From NCBI GenBank assembly GCA_965238175.1, contig CBDEGZ010000003.1, forward strand, positions 2,336,001-2,400,000: DNA of 64,000 nucleotides, in the 5' to 3' direction. The translations under genes were made by a program, and so were the position numbers. The notes beneath the pieces are model-generated. The model made no database searches. It was not told the DNA's origin and saw nothing but the letters and a program-made list of their open reading frames with translations. How positions within the stretch are numbered: the first letter of the stretch is position 1; every line of letters begins with the position of its first letter. This stretch comes from Gammaproteobacteria bacterium (GTDB taxonomy: Bacteria > Pseudomonadota > Gammaproteobacteria > CAJXQU01). Positions 10,941 through 21,912 of the stretch are shown here, one piece after another.

Positions 10941-12146
10941 ATGACACCACGAATCTCACAATTACATGCCTACCCTTTTGAACGATTAGCAAAAATTAAA
11001 GCGGAATCTCAATCGAACTCTGGGAAAACACCAATAGATATGTCGATTGGTGAACCAAAGCATCCAACTCCGGCATTCATTAAAGAAGAATTAATCAATA
11101 AACTTGATTCAATGGCTGTATATCCCACGACACGCGGTCATGATCTACTACGAACGACGATTAGCGATTGGCTGATCAACCGCTTTAAATTGCCACTAGA
11201 TTCTCTCGAAATTGATCAAGTTTTACCGGTAAATGGTACGCGTGAGGCGTTATTCGCAATCGCACAATGTGTTGTTGATATTACAGCTCAGAAAAAACCG
11301 CTGATCATTTCCCCAAATCCTTTTTACCAAATTTATGAAGGAGCTGCCTTGCTCGCTGGTGCTGAACCTTATTATGCAAACTGCACACAAGAAACTAACT
11401 ACCTACCTGATTTCGATAGTGTTCCAACAGAAATCTGGAAGCAATGCCAGCTAGTTTATATCTGCTCTCCTGGTAATCCGACTGGCGCAGTTCTGCCAGA
11501 GCAAGATCTGATTAAGTTGCTAGCGCTTTCTGATCAATATAATTTTGTTATTGCTTCAGATGAATGCTACTCAGAAATTTATTTTGACGAAGAGAATCCA
11601 CCGATTGGTTTACTTGAAGCGGCGGCCCGATCAAATCGTCTTGATTATAAAAATTGTCTGGTATTTCATAGCTTATCCAAACGATCAAATGTGCCTGGCT
11701 TACGATCAGGTTTTGTCGCCGGCGACAAAGAGCTGATCAAAAAATTTTTGTTATATCGAACTTATCATGGTTGTGCGATGCCACTACCAACCCAGTATGC
11801 AAGTATTGCCGCATGGCAAAATGAAGAACATGTGATAGAAAACCGACAACAGTACCGCGAAAAATTCGATGTCGTTCTGGAATTACTCTCACCCGTATTG
11901 AATGTAGAGAAACCAGAGGCCGGGTTCTACTTGTGGCCCGAAGTGCCAATGAATGATGTAACATTTGCAAGTGAGCTAATGAAGACGCAAAATATAACCG
12001 TCTTGCCAGGTAGCTTTTTGGCCAGGGAGTCGAGTGGTATAAATCCCGGTGAAAACAGAGTGAGAATTGCGCTGGTAGCCACGCTTGATCAAACCGTTGA
12101 AGCGGCTGAAAGAATAAAAGAGTTTATCAAATCATCAACAATTTAA
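10941..12146 (+). CDS. dapC: Succinyldiaminopimelate aminotransferase
   Basis: [35 protein letters not shown]; upstream of dapD. Confidence 0.93.
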   Translation: MTPRISQLHAYPFERLAKIKAESQSNSGKTPIDMSIGEPKHPTPAFIKEELINKLDSMAVYPTTRGHDLLRTTISDWLINRFKLPLDSLEIDQVLPVNGTREALFAIAQCVVDITAQKKPLIISPNPFYQIYEGAALLAGAEPYYANCTQETNYLPDFDSVPTEIWKQCQLVYICSPGNPTGAVLPEQDLIKLLALSDQYNFVIASDECYSEIYFDEENPPIGLLEAAARSNRLDYKNCLVFHSLSKRSNVPGLRSGFVAGDKELIKKFLLYRTYHGCAMPLPTQYASIAAWQNEEHVIENRQQYREKFDVVLELLSPVLNVEKPEAGFYLWPEVPMNDVTFASELMKTQNITVLPGSFLARESSGINPGENRVRIALVATLDQTVEAAERIKEFIKSSTI

Positions 12147-12156
12147 GAGAATAATA

Positions 12157-12978
12157 ATGGAACAACTGGAAAAAATTATCGAAGAGAGCTTTGAGAATAT
12201 TTCTGACATCACACCGGCTAACGCCAGTGCAGAGTTGAAAGAAACTATTGAAGAATGCATTAGTAACTTAGATGCTGGCACTTACCGCGTTGCTGAGAAA
12301 AAGGGTGATGAATGGATTGTTAACCAGTGGCTTAAAAAAGCGGTACTGTTATCTTTCCGGGTAAGTGATAATGAAGTTATCTCAGAAAACTACACTAAGT
12401 TTTACGACAAGGTTCCTGGGAAATTCACTAACTACAGCGAAGAAGATTTCAAAAACAGCGGTATACGTGTGGTTCCGGCGGCAACAGCACGTCGTGGTAG
12501 CTATATCGCACCAAATACGGTTCTCATGCCTAGCTTCGTAAACATTGGTGCCTATGTTGACAGCGGCACAATGGTTGATACCTGGGTTACGGTCGGCTCA
12601 TGTGCTCAAATTGGTAAAAACGTCCATCTTTCAGGCGGTGTTGGTATTGGTGGTGTACTCGAACCATTGCAAGCAGGCCCAACGATCATTGAAGATAACT
12701 GCTTTATCGGTGCTCGATCTGAAGTGGTCGAAGGTGTTGTTGTTGGTCGTGGTTCCGTTATTTCCATGGGTGTTTATATTGGCCAAAGTACGCGCATTTA
12801 TGATCGCGCTACTGGTGAGGTCACTTATGGATATATTCCACCAGGTTCGGTGGTGGTTTCTGGTAATTTGCCTTCAAGCGATGGTAAATACAGTCTTTAC
12901 TGCGCGGTGATCGTGAAAAAGGTTGATGAAAAAACCTTGGGTAAAGTTGGAATCAACGCACTTCTCCGAGATATATAA
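12157..12978 (+). CDS. dapD: Tetrahydrodipicolinate N-succinyltransferase
   Basis: [10 protein letters not shown], hexapeptide repeats, GGVLEPLQA. Confidence 0.97.
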   Translation: MEQLEKIIEESFENISDITPANASAELKETIEECISNLDAGTYRVAEKKGDEWIVNQWLKKAVLLSFRVSDNEVISENYTKFYDKVPGKFTNYSEEDFKNSGIRVVPAATARRGSYIAPNTVLMPSFVNIGAYVDSGTMVDTWVTVGSCAQIGKNVHLSGGVGIGGVLEPLQAGPTIIEDNCFIGARSEVVEGVVVGRGSVISMGVYIGQSTRIYDRATGEVTYGYIPPGSVVVSGNLPSSDGKYSLYCAVIVKKVDEKTLGKVGINALLRDI

Positions 12979-12998
12979 GCAAGATATTTAAGAACGAT

Positions 12999-13346
12999 AT
13001 GATTCTTTACGGAATTAGCAATTGCGACACGATCAAAAAAGCTAAAAAATGGCTTTCTGATCAAATGGTCGCATTTCAGTTTCATGACTTTCGTAAAGAC
13101 GGTCTGGAAGCAGAACAATTAAAAATTTGGATCGATGCGTTAGGTTGGGAAGTGCTTTTAAACAAACGCGGAACAACCTGGCGTAAATTAGATAAATCGG
13201 ATCAAACTGATCTTGATGTAGAAAAAGCTTGCTCTCTGATGCTAAAGCACCCTGCATTGATTAAACGACCTGTCTTAGTGGCAGCCGATGAGATCATTGT
13301 TGGTTTTAAACCGGAGGAATATGTAAGGTTAATCGATCAACTCTGA
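12999..13346 (+). CDS. ArsC/Spx family protein (YffB-like)
   Basis: YGISNCDTIKKA, NKRGTTWRKL, LIKRPVL; usual dapD context. Confidence 0.9.
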   Translation: MILYGISNCDTIKKAKKWLSDQMVAFQFHDFRKDGLEAEQLKIWIDALGWEVLLNKRGTTWRKLDKSDQTDLDVEKACSLMLKHPALIKRPVLVAADEIIVGFKPEEYVRLIDQL

Positions 13347-13393
13347 AATATTGTTTTTTAGAGGTGCCTTCTTAAGTTTTCTGCTAAGAAATT

Positions 13394-14110
13394 CTAGTGT
13401 TGCTCTAGCTTTTTCCACAAACACTCACCACCTAAAATCTGATCAAGTTTTTCGAGCTGTTCAAAATGCATTGCTAACTCGTCTTCATGAGGTTGTACTA
13501 CGATCAAAGGCGGTCTCTGTTTTGTCTTTCTTTTACTTATCACTTTTTGATTTTGTTGTGTCTGTTCCTCATTTGAGAATAAAAGATCGGCTTGCCCACC
13601 CGTCATAAGCAGATATACATCAGCAAGAATTTCTGCATCTAATAATGCGCCATGTAATTCACGCTGTGAATTATTGACATCATAACGCTTACAAAGTGCA
13701 TCAAGATTATTCTTTTGCCCTGGGTGCATTTCACGTGCGAGAATCAAGGTATCTAATACCTTGCAATGCTGTTCCATCGTTTCCTGACTGGACTCTAATA
13801 AAGATAATTCGTAATCAAGAAAGCCTATATCAAATGGCGCATTGTGAATGATCAATTCTGCGTCATTCACAAATTCGATAAACTCATTAACTATCTCGGC
13901 AAATTTGGGTTTATCCATCAGGAATTCATTGGTGATCCCATGAACTTCCAAAGCACCTTCGTCGACATCACGCTCTGGACAAATATAATGATGAAAATGT
14001 TTATTGGTTAATTTGCGATTAACCATTTCAACACAACCAATTTCTATAATCCGATGTCCATCAGCGGTTGAGAGTCCCGTTGTTTCAGTATCGAGTACGA
14101 TTTGCCTCAT
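13394..14110 (-). CDS. dnaQ: DNA polymerase III epsilon subunit
   Basis: [23 protein letters not shown]. Confidence 0.97.
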   Translation of the reverse strand: MRQIVLDTETTGLSTADGHRIIEIGCVEMVNRKLTNKHFHHYICPERDVDEGALEVHGITNEFLMDKPKFAEIVNEFIEFVNDAELIIHNAPFDIGFLDYELSLLESSQETMEQHCKVLDTLILAREMHPGQKNNLDALCKRYDVNNSQRELHGALLDAEILADVYLLMTGGQADLLFSNEEQTQQNQKVISKRKTKQRPPLIVVQPHEDELAMHFEQLEKLDQILGGECLWKKLEQH

Positions 14111-14559
14111 GCTGGTTTTTTACCTAATAGTTCATCGATACCGTCATTGGCTAATTGATCAGCAATGTCATTTTCGACATGACCAGAATGCCCTTTTACC
14201 CATTTCCATTCGACTTCGTGTACTTCAGCCGCTTTTTCCAGTCGTTGCCATAGATCCTGGTTTTTTACTGGCTTTTTATTGGCCGTTTTCCAATCACGTT
14301 TTTTCCAACCTTCGAGCCATTTTGTAATTCCATCTTTGACATAAGAGGAATCTGTTGTCAGTGTTACCTGACAACTTCTTTTTAAGCTTTCTAGCCCCAT
14401 AATTGCCGCCATCAGTTCCATTCTATTATTGGTCGTATCATGCTCACCGCCAAACAGGCGTTTTTCATGATCTCCACAACGTAGTAATGCACCCCATCCA
14501 CCTGGGCCAGGATTTCCGCGACATGCGCCATCGGTAAAAAGTGAAACCCTATCATTCAT
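14107..14559 (-). CDS. rnhA: Ribonuclease HI
   Basis: [29 protein letters not shown]. Confidence 0.97.
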   Translation of the reverse strand: MNDRVSLFTDGACRGNPGPGGWGALLRCGDHEKRLFGGEHDTTNNRMELMAAIMGLESLKRSCQVTLTTDSSYVKDGITKWLEGWKKRDWKTANKKPVKNQDLWQRLEKAAEVHEVEWKWVKGHSGHVENDIADQLANDGIDELLGKKPA

Positions 14560-15355
14560 ATTTTGATCTGCTTTGTGTTTTAGTCGCGCGCGTCGTTGGC
14601 TCTGTTAAACCAGATGCAATAAGCCTTCGACGAATTCGCCATTCTACTTTGGTTGGAGTTATTGGTATCAGACGTTTTTTACCAATTATCATATAGGTAC
14701 CACCAAACCAGGGACAGAGATAATTACCCAATTTTTCTAAAAAAACGAGTCGCTTCATTATCCAGGAGGTTTTAACAGGTGGTCGAAAAAACATATATCT
14801 GGTTTTAACTACCTCAAACCCCAGTAGACCTAGCCAATCTTTAACCCGGGCAGCCCGATAAAAATGTCCACTCCAGGGAGGATTTTCTCGCCACGCTAAT
14901 AACATGCGCCATATCCCCCATAAGCTTAGCGGGTTAAAACCGATAATGATCAGACGCCCTTCTCCGATCAAAACCCTTTCTATCTCACGCAGGATATCGT
15001 GAGGATCTTCTTCATACTCCAATACATGCGGTAACAGGGCGACATCGACACTATTCTCATCTATTGGTAGATGTGTGGATCTACAAATGAGATGCCCATC
15101 CTGAATGACGTCTTGTGGATAAAGATCAAATAAAACCTGGTGCGAAATACGGCTTGATTCCAATAGTGTTGAGTCATTTAACGCGCCTAACTGAAGTATG
15201 TGATAGCCGAAAAGAAGTGGAAGCTCTTCTTCAAGTTGCCTCTTTTCAACATTAAAAAGCGCATCGCCTGCATGGCTTTTAAACCACTTTCGTAAACGTT
15301 GTCTTTTAGTTTCCTTGGGTTGGATTTCTTTAGACTCTACTTCGTTTGTCGTCAT
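14552..15355 (-). CDS. YafS-like SAM-dependent methyltransferase
   Basis: [26 protein letters not shown]; conserved position upstream of rnhA. Confidence 0.88.
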   Translation of the reverse strand: MTTNEVESKEIQPKETKRQRLRKWFKSHAGDALFNVEKRQLEEELPLLFGYHILQLGALNDSTLLESSRISHQVLFDLYPQDVIQDGHLICRSTHLPIDENSVDVALLPHVLEYEEDPHDILREIERVLIGEGRLIIIGFNPLSLWGIWRMLLAWRENPPWSGHFYRAARVKDWLGLLGFEVVKTRYMFFRPPVKTSWIMKRLVFLEKLGNYLCPWFGGTYMIIGKKRLIPITPTKVEWRIRRRLIASGLTEPTTRATKTQSRSKYE

Positions 15356-15440
15356 GCGTGGATTTTACAATATAATCTGTTCTTATATCGACAATCAGTA
15401 ACATTAGTATCGATAAAGTCGTTAGATCACTTGACCTTAG

Positions 15441-16895
15441 ATGAACAACTCCTTAGGATCGCGACATGTTTTTGGGAACCGAAGCGTGATCTGCAGGTTT
15501 ACAGCTGCAATATCAGCAATTACAACAGTTTTTTTATTAGCAGGGTGTACAAGTTTAACACTTGAACAGGCACCCGACCCTAAAGAAACCACGTCTGGTG
15601 AGTTTTTTGTTGAATCTAAATCCCCTCCCCAAGTAGAGGAGATCCAAGTAGTCAACCCTTTTCCACAGCAGTTTTTCGAAATTGATGATCTCTGGAATCA
15701 TATTCGCAAGAGTGAGAGTCTAGCGACTTCCGCAAATGACGCTTCTCGCAAACAGGTTCAAAATCAGCTTGCAGAACTCAGGAAAAATCAACATTTTTTT
15801 GATGTGATGGCCACTCGCGCAACACCTTATATTCATCACATCATCGATGAGCTAAATAAGCGTAACATGCCACTTTATATCTCCCTATTACCCATCATTG
15901 AAAGTGGTTATCAAGTAAAAGTCACCTCATCTCAAAAAGCGGCGGGATTGTGGCAGATCATACCCTCAACAGGCAAATCTCTAGGGCTAAAACAAAACTG
16001 GTGGTATGACGGACGACGAGATTTGATCGCTTCAACCAATGCAGCATTGGACTATCTACAACAACTGCATGACCGCTTTGATGACTGGCAACTAACACTG
16101 GCAGCTTATAATAGTGGCGGAGCTACCGTCGCAAATGCTATAAAGAAAAATAAGCGTCTCGGTAAACCAACAGACTACTGGTCATTATCTCTTCCACCTG
16201 AAACAGAAAAATATATTCCAAAATTAATCGCACTTGAAATGGTGATAAAATCACCATCAAACTACAATGTGGAACTTATGACCATACCAAATCAACCGAT
16301 GTTTAAGGTGGTCGATTTAAAAGGACAGATCCAACTTCAAAAGGTGGCTGAACTGGCAAATGTTGAGTATGAGAAATTACGCATTCTTAATGCAGGTTTT
16401 AAACGTTGGGCGACTGATCCAGATGGACCTCATCAGCTACTTATTCCAGAAAACTCTGCTGAACAACTTAAATACGCACTTGCAGCTTTGCCAGAAGAAG
16501 AACGTATTGAATTGAAAAATCACACAATTACATCGGGCGAATCACTTTGGACGATCGCCAGGAAATACGATATCAGCATTAATCTGTTGAAAAGAACTAA
16601 TCACTTAACAACCGATAAACTCCGAATTGGAAAGAACCTTCTTATCCCGGCAGGAGCTGTGCCTGAATCGATTGTTTCTACTGTACCCACCAGTACAACA
16701 AAAATACCCGCGCTCAAAAATAATAAATACCGCGTTAAAAGTGGTGATTCACTCTGGTTAATCGCCAGACGATTTGATATCCATGTAAAACAAATTCTTG
16801 AATGGAATGACTTGAAAAAAGATCAGATTATAAAACCTGGTGAGGATTTAAAGATACTCATAGAGAAGCCGATACTAAACGCTGTCTCTCTCTAA
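15441..16895 (+). CDS. mltD: Membrane-bound lytic murein transglycosylase D with two LysM domains
   Basis: Lipobox LLAGC, LPIIES, AAGLWQ, WWYDGRRD, LAAYNSG, two LysM repeats. Confidence 0.92.
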   Translation: MNNSLGSRHVFGNRSVICRFTAAISAITTVFLLAGCTSLTLEQAPDPKETTSGEFFVESKSPPQVEEIQVVNPFPQQFFEIDDLWNHIRKSESLATSANDASRKQVQNQLAELRKNQHFFDVMATRATPYIHHIIDELNKRNMPLYISLLPIIESGYQVKVTSSQKAAGLWQIIPSTGKSLGLKQNWWYDGRRDLIASTNAALDYLQQLHDRFDDWQLTLAAYNSGGATVANAIKKNKRLGKPTDYWSLSLPPETEKYIPKLIALEMVIKSPSNYNVELMTIPNQPMFKVVDLKGQIQLQKVAELANVEYEKLRILNAGFKRWATDPDGPHQLLIPENSAEQLKYALAALPEEERIELKNHTITSGESLWTIARKYDISINLLKRTNHLTTDKLRIGKNLLIPAGAVPESIVSTVPTSTTKIPALKNNKYRVKSGDSLWLIARRFDIHVKQILEWNDLKKDQIIKPGEDLKILIEKPILNAVSL

Positions 16896-16918
16896 AAATT
16901 ACAGACAAGAGGTAGCTA

Positions 16919-19084
16919 ATGATAAATCTGATTAAAGTGCCTTTGCGATGGCTCTTCACTCTTCTCTTTAAAGTAAAAGTAGAAGACGTAGAGAATTATC
17001 ATGCTGCAGGCGATCGTGTTTTGATCGTAGCTAATCACACCTCGCTAATGGACGTTGCTCTGCTTTACCTATTTCTCCCTGATCAAGCCACTTATGCAGT
17101 GAATACGCATATTCATAAAAAATGGTATTTCAAACCTTTTTTCTTATTTTCTGATGTTTTTGTACTCGATCCACTTAACCCACACTCTTTAAAATCTCTG
17201 ATTAAATTTTTAAAACAAAAAAATAAGGCAGTTATATTTCCAGAGGGCAGGATCACAACAACGGGTACCTTAATGAAGGTCTATGATGGCACTGGAATGG
17301 TTGCGGCTCACTCAGAAGCAATGGTTCTCCCAATTGGGATTGCTGGGGCAGAGCATTCAAAATATTCCTATATGAAGGGACGCTATAAACTTTCTTGGCT
17401 GCCCAGAATTACTATGAAGTTCCATCCGCCCATGCGCATCATTGCACCTGATAAAACTGATCCTTCTGATACTCGACCAAGTACAACTCAACAGATGACA
17501 GATCTAATGCTTGATGTGGTTGCTTTCAATAACATTGATTCAGATCGAACCCTATTCATAGCCCTGCTCGATGCAATGCGAATGAATAGCGGCAGTATGC
17601 AAATTGCCGAAGATATCAATCGTGAGCCCATTACCTATCGACAATTGGTTACACGTAGTTTTGTCCTCGGAAAAATAATCGCTTCCGAAACATCCACTGG
17701 AGAAAGTATTGGCGTTTTACTTCCTAATACCGTTGGAAACCTTGTCACCTTAATGAGCTTGCAATGCTACGGTCGAGTACCAGCCATGCTGAATTTTACC
17801 GCTGGTCCGCAAGGTTTGATCACCGCTTGTGAGACAGCTTCGGTCAACGTTGTTTATAGCTCAAGAGCTTTCGTCGAAAAAGGTGGACTAGAAAGTAGTA
17901 TTGAAGCTTTGGAAAAAGTCGTCAAAGTGATCTACCTGGAAGATTTACGTAATCAAATAACAACTGTTGATAAACTAAAAGGCTTCGCTAAAAGCTATTT
18001 TCCTTATATGGCTCACAAAAAAATAGCTGATCAAATCCGTTGTGATGATCGCGCAGTCATACTTTTTACTTCAGGTTCAGAAGGTGTCCCCAAAGGGGTG
18101 ATCTTATCTCATAAAAACATCATCTCAAACTATGCTCAAGCACATACTTATATCGGTCTAAATAAAACAGACTTAGTGCTTAATTGCTTACCGATGTTTC
18201 ATTCCTTTGGTTTCACAGGTGGAACCATTTTACCTTTGTTTGATGGTGCAAAAATCTTCTTCTACCCCACTCCACTGCATTATCGAGTTATTCCCGAACT
18301 CTGTTACCAACTCAATGCAACAGTGATTTTTGGAACCAACACCTTCCTCGCCGGATACGCAAAAAACGCACACCCAGCAGATCTACAATCTTTACGCTAT
18401 GTTGTCGCAGGAGCTGAAAAGTTACAGGATGATACCCGTACACTCTGGAACGAAAAATTTGGTATTCGTATCCTCGAAGGTTATGGAGCTACAGAGTGCA
18501 GCCCAGTTGTTGCGGTCAATACGCCTCTTTACACGAAAATGAACACGGTAGGGCGTTTAGTGTCAGGAATGGATTACTACCTTGAACCTGTAGAAGGTTT
18601 AGAGGTTGGTGGACGACTTTTTGTTTCTGGTCCAAATATTATGAGCGGATATTTGTTTCATAATGGCGATGGTGAGGTTGTTCCACCTCAAACAGATCGT
18701 GGGGTTGGCTGGTATGACACTGGTGACATTGTCACAATCGATGAACAAAAATATATTACGATACAAGGGCGTGCAAAACGTTTCGCTAAAATTGGTGGTG
18801 AGATGGTTTCATTAACACGCGTGGAAGATCTTGCTAATGCAACCTGGCCGAATAAACTTCATGCAGCGACTGTTGTTCCTGACAGCAAAAAAGGTGAGCA
18901 GATAGTGCTGATCACTGAGCATGAAGGCGCCGTTCGAAAAGATCTGACAAAACAAGCGAAACAAGATGGATTATCTGAGCTCGCTGTGCCCAAAAAAGTA
19001 ATGGTTGTAAAAGCAGTTCCTATTCTGGGAACTGGAAAGGTAGATTATCCAGGTGTTGCCGATCTAGTTAAAGACGCAACTTAA
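16919..19084 (+). CDS. aas: Bifunctional 2-acyl-GPE acyltransferase / acyl-ACP synthetase
   Basis: NHTSLMD and FPEGR acyltransferase motifs; FTSGSEGVPKG, GYGATE, YDTGD adenylation motifs. Confidence 0.92.
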   Translation: MINLIKVPLRWLFTLLFKVKVEDVENYHAAGDRVLIVANHTSLMDVALLYLFLPDQATYAVNTHIHKKWYFKPFFLFSDVFVLDPLNPHSLKSLIKFLKQKNKAVIFPEGRITTTGTLMKVYDGTGMVAAHSEAMVLPIGIAGAEHSKYSYMKGRYKLSWLPRITMKFHPPMRIIAPDKTDPSDTRPSTTQQMTDLMLDVVAFNNIDSDRTLFIALLDAMRMNSGSMQIAEDINREPITYRQLVTRSFVLGKIIASETSTGESIGVLLPNTVGNLVTLMSLQCYGRVPAMLNFTAGPQGLITACETASVNVVYSSRAFVEKGGLESSIEALEKVVKVIYLEDLRNQITTVDKLKGFAKSYFPYMAHKKIADQIRCDDRAVILFTSGSEGVPKGVILSHKNIISNYAQAHTYIGLNKTDLVLNCLPMFHSFGFTGGTILPLFDGAKIFFYPTPLHYRVIPELCYQLNATVIFGTNTFLAGYAKNAHPADLQSLRYVVAGAEKLQDDTRTLWNEKFGIRILEGYGATECSPVVAVNTPLYTKMNTVGRLVSGMDYYLEPVEGLEVGGRLFVSGPNIMSGYLFHNGDGEVVPPQTDRGVGWYDTGDIVTIDEQKYITIQGRAKRFAKIGGEMVSLTRVEDLANATWPNKLHAATVVPDSKKGEQIVLITEHEGAVRKDLTKQAKQDGLSELAVPKKVMVVKAVPILGTGKVDYPGVADLVKDAT

Positions 19085-19229
19085 TAGATCACTTAACCTA
19101 CATAAATGCACCACAGGTAGTAGTTTCACCTATGAAAGTAAATAAACTAATACCCGTTTCCCTTTTAAAATAGACTGGCTTTTTATGCGATAGATTTGGT
19201 GTGTTTTAGTTAACTTTTAATTAGGAATG

Positions 19230-19259
19230 ATTACAGAACATGTCTCTTAAGCATATAAT
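19230..19259 (+). promoter_or_regulatory. Candidate sigma70 promoter upstream of cassette array 1
   Basis: ATTACA-N18-TATAAT about 85 bp before the first cassette core; AT-rich context makes it weak. Confidence 0.3.
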
Positions 19260-19369
19260 ATTTAGAGAGATAAAATTGGTTGAGTCTCACTTTTCGTTTA
19301 TTTCAGAATGTTTTTATGCCCCATTTATGGGGTATATTTCTAGTTAGGACTCACAGCAGGTAAGTCGAT

Positions 19370-19573
19370 ATGGAAGCAAAGCTCAAACATCTCGAAATGA
19401 TCCAAGCTGTTATAAACCGAATGGCTGGAAATTCGTTTCTACTAAAGGGTTGGAGCGTTACATTGGTATCTGCATTGTTCGCTCTTGCTGCAAAAGATAC
19501 GAACTATTTTTTCATTTACCTTACATATTTTCCATCGCTATCGCTCGCACCCCATAGCATAGGCGTTATGTAA
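19370..19573 (+). pseudogene. Truncated membrane-protein cassette (HLEMIQAVINRMAGNSFLLKGW family) fused to an attC right arm
   Basis: Recognisable N-terminus ends at ...YLTYFP and runs directly into TCGCTATCGCTCGCACCCCATAGCATAGGCGTTATGT. Confidence 0.7.
19535..19571 (+). other. attC remnant (right arm only)
   Basis: Loop motif TCGCTATCGCTCG followed by ...TAGCATAGGCGTTATGT; left arm missing. Confidence 0.65.
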
Positions 19574-19577
19574 AAAC

Positions 19578-19969
19578 ATGAAAACTATCTACTGTATAAA
19601 AACTGATGGAATCAACGGGTACATAGAAGGTGTTAATAATCAAATTATCTCTTCCAATCCATCATACCATGAAAAATTTGGCTTGATAGGTTCAGACAAA
19701 TGGATAACCTTATATGAGGCTGGGAAAATTTCAAAAGATGTGAGGGCTGGAAGAATTTCATATATTGGTAAAGATAGATATGAACCCGACTGTGAACCAG
19801 ATGTAATTGAAATTGAAACTGACAGACGAACAATTTCCTACCCTAATGAAAAGGTTATTGGTTATCCGATGCAGTATCATTAGATCAATGGGTGAGTATT
19901 GAGTCTGTTAAAGTAAAGCTTCCAGAAGTAACATCGATTATTGATGTCAAAGTTGTACTATTGGCATAA
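19578..19969 (+). pseudogene. Cassette ORF, hypothetical protein, probably frameshifted near 19850
   Basis: Annotated ORF stops at 19883; an alternative frame from the GAAAAGG run reads GYWLSDAVSLDQWVSIESVKVKLPEVTSIIDVKVVLLA and stops at 19969, 2 bp before the attC. Confidence 0.6.
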
Positions 19970-19971
19970 GT

Positions 19972-20032
19972 ACATAACGAGTTGCTTCATCAGAACCTCG
20001 CTTCGCTCGTTCTGCTTAGCAAGGCGTTATGG
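19972..20032 (+). other. attC site (61 bp)
   Basis: ACATAAC...TTGCTTCATCAGAAC-CTCGCTTCGCTC-GTTCTGCTTAGCAAGGC-GTTATGG imperfect palindrome with both cores. Confidence 0.85.
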
Positions 20033-20042
20033 GTAAAAATGT

Positions 20043-20393
20043 ATGAACAGAGTATGGCGAGAAATAGCGGATCCCACAAAGCACTCTGATTTCATGAGTA
20101 CCACCAATGAAGGCGGTATCCCCATAGAAAAGAGCAGAGACAACTTAATTCAAAAGTGGGTATATTTGGCTGACGTTTGCAATTTTACTTTTCAATTCGC
20201 AAACATTGATCAAGTAAAGGAAGCAAAAGCTTACTTTGAAACAAAAGTTCACCCATCAACGCGGGGAGACCATCCGCCATTTGAACATTACTGGCATCCT
20301 TGGTATTGCAAATTACCCAGGGGAATCAATAAAGGGGCAAAGCGTCAAAAGGTACTAAAGGCGCTTAACAGTATATTAAATCAATGGGCATAA
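20043..20393 (+). CDS. Cassette ORF, hypothetical protein (distant homologue of 24942-25346)
   Basis: Between core GTTATGGGTAA and inverse TTACCCATAAA; intact 116-aa frame. Confidence 0.75.
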   Translation: MNRVWREIADPTKHSDFMSTTNEGGIPIEKSRDNLIQKWVYLADVCNFTFQFANIDQVKEAKAYFETKVHPSTRGDHPPFEHYWHPWYCKLPRGINKGAKRQKVLKALNSILNQWA

Positions 20394-20518
20394 TTACCCA
20401 TAAAAGGAAACATCGTTTCATTACTACTATTCTATTGGATACAGCTACTTTTTTTCTAGCTATAAAAAACATTAAATTACTAAAATACATTTTGGGTAAC
20501 TCTTAGGCTAGAAATGCA

Positions 20519-20734
20519 ATGCTGGCTTATGCTGTTTTAAACGTGGTTTTAATTCTATTCTTAGTATTTTTCATTCCAGAGAATAATGCTCTTGTAATGT
20601 GGATTGCTTTAATGCTTATGGCGCTGTTAGCTGCCATGTACTTTTATTTCTTTAAAAGCCAACGCGGTAAAGATGTTTTCAATAATTTTTATGGAAAAGC
20701 TAACAAAGCAATGTTACTAAAAGTCAAAGACTAG
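20519..20734 (+). CDS. Small membrane protein or 3' fragment of a decayed cassette gene
   Basis: Two hydrophobic segments; AGCTAACAAAGC near 20698 resembles an attC start. Confidence 0.4.
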   Translation: MLAYAVLNVVLILFLVFFIPENNALVMWIALMLMALLAAMYFYFFKSQRGKDVFNNFYGKANKAMLLKVKD

Positions 20735-20895
20735 GCTACCGCCCACAAATAAGTAGGTACAGGCCTTTCAAAATCGTATTACTCATTCAGTAATCAAGCA
20801 ACTCCAATATGAAACATTGGGCTTATACTCAAGAATTATAGGAGTCCAGTAAAATCAACCTTACAAATCTCACACATGAACAAACTTATTTCTGA

Positions 20896-21831
20896 TCAGT
20901 TTCTCTTTTTACGACGTGTTTTCTTGTTTTCTTTTTCTAGGCGCTTAGCCGCTTTTTTAGCACGTATAATTTCAAGTTCAGCCAATTCTTTTTTCATATC
21001 GGTAGGCAATTCAAGACTAATATTGCCCAGTTCACCGGTTCTAAATTCGATCAAAAATAATCTCGAAACTTTTTCCAGATCAACACTTCCTCCAGAACGT
21101 AAGCAGCCTCGTTTTGATCCAATTAATTCTAGTAATTCAAGTTCCGTTCCAGGCACAGAATCAAGTTTATATCGCACAGCAAGAAGTTCTGGATAGTTTT
21201 TGATCAAATATTCTGCCAGAAAAAAAGCCACGGCTGGATAATCCATTGCCGTGTCTCGAACAGCACCCGTAGCGGCTAAGCGAAAACCACTATTTTTATT
21301 TTCAACATTCGGCCATAAAATGCCCGGCGTATCCAATAATAGAAAATCTTCTTCTAATTTGATCCGTTGTTGTCCTTTTGTAACCGCCGGTTCATTGCCG
21401 GTTTTTGCAATAGTTCGTCCAGCCAGTTTATTGATCAATGTTGATTTTCCGGCATTCGGTATTCCAACAATCATCGCTGTTATTCGGCGATTATTATTGT
21501 CGATTTTATCTCTAATTTTTTCGCGGATTATACTCGGTAATTTTTTTATTGTTTCAGGTTTTTTAGTCGTGATTGGAATCGCTGCTTCGGTATTTTTTTG
21601 TTGATCAAAATACACTATCCACTGTTTTGTGATTTCACTATCGGCAAGATCGATTTTGCTCAAAATTTTAATGCATGGCTTATCACCACGTAGATCGGCA
21701 AGCATTGGGTTTTCGCTACTAAAAGGAATTCGCGAATCAAGGATCTCTATGATCAAATCAACCTTAGGTAAGGATTCTTTGATCTCTTTTTTGGCCTTGT
21801 ACATATGGCCGGGATACCACTGGATTTGCAT
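20896..21831 (-). CDS. ylqF: Ribosome biogenesis GTPase YlqF/RbgA
   Basis: IQWYPGHM, DSRIPFSS, GIPNAGKSTLIN, DTPGILWP. Confidence 0.95.
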   Translation of the reverse strand: MQIQWYPGHMYKAKKEIKESLPKVDLIIEILDSRIPFSSENPMLADLRGDKPCIKILSKIDLADSEITKQWIVYFDQQKNTEAAIPITTKKPETIKKLPSIIREKIRDKIDNNNRRITAMIVGIPNAGKSTLINKLAGRTIAKTGNEPAVTKGQQRIKLEEDFLLLDTPGILWPNVENKNSGFRLAATGAVRDTAMDYPAVAFFLAEYLIKNYPELLAVRYKLDSVPGTELELLELIGSKRGCLRSGGSVDLEKVSRLFLIEFRTGELGNISLELPTDMKKELAELEIIRAKKAAKRLEKENKKTRRKKRN

Positions 21832-21912
21832 TAGCTTTCTAGATTCATATGAAAACCAAAGAGAGTATCAGGAATTAATGATTTAACCAGCAGATTAAAC
21901 CTAATTAACCTG

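Larger units (their letters stand above)
19343..20404 (+). mobile_element. Integron cassette array 1 without integrase (CALIN-like); 3 cassettes, possibly a 4th decayed one to about 20734
   Basis: Cores GTTAGGA (19343), GTTATGT (19565), GTTATGG (20026), each just before a small ORF; matching inverse cores ACATAAC (19972) and TTACCCATAAA (20394-20404). Confidence 0.8.

Noticed and set aside
12999-13346. ArsC-family gene as part of arsenic metabolism
   Set aside because: YffB-type protein in its usual dapD context, 10 kb from the ars cluster
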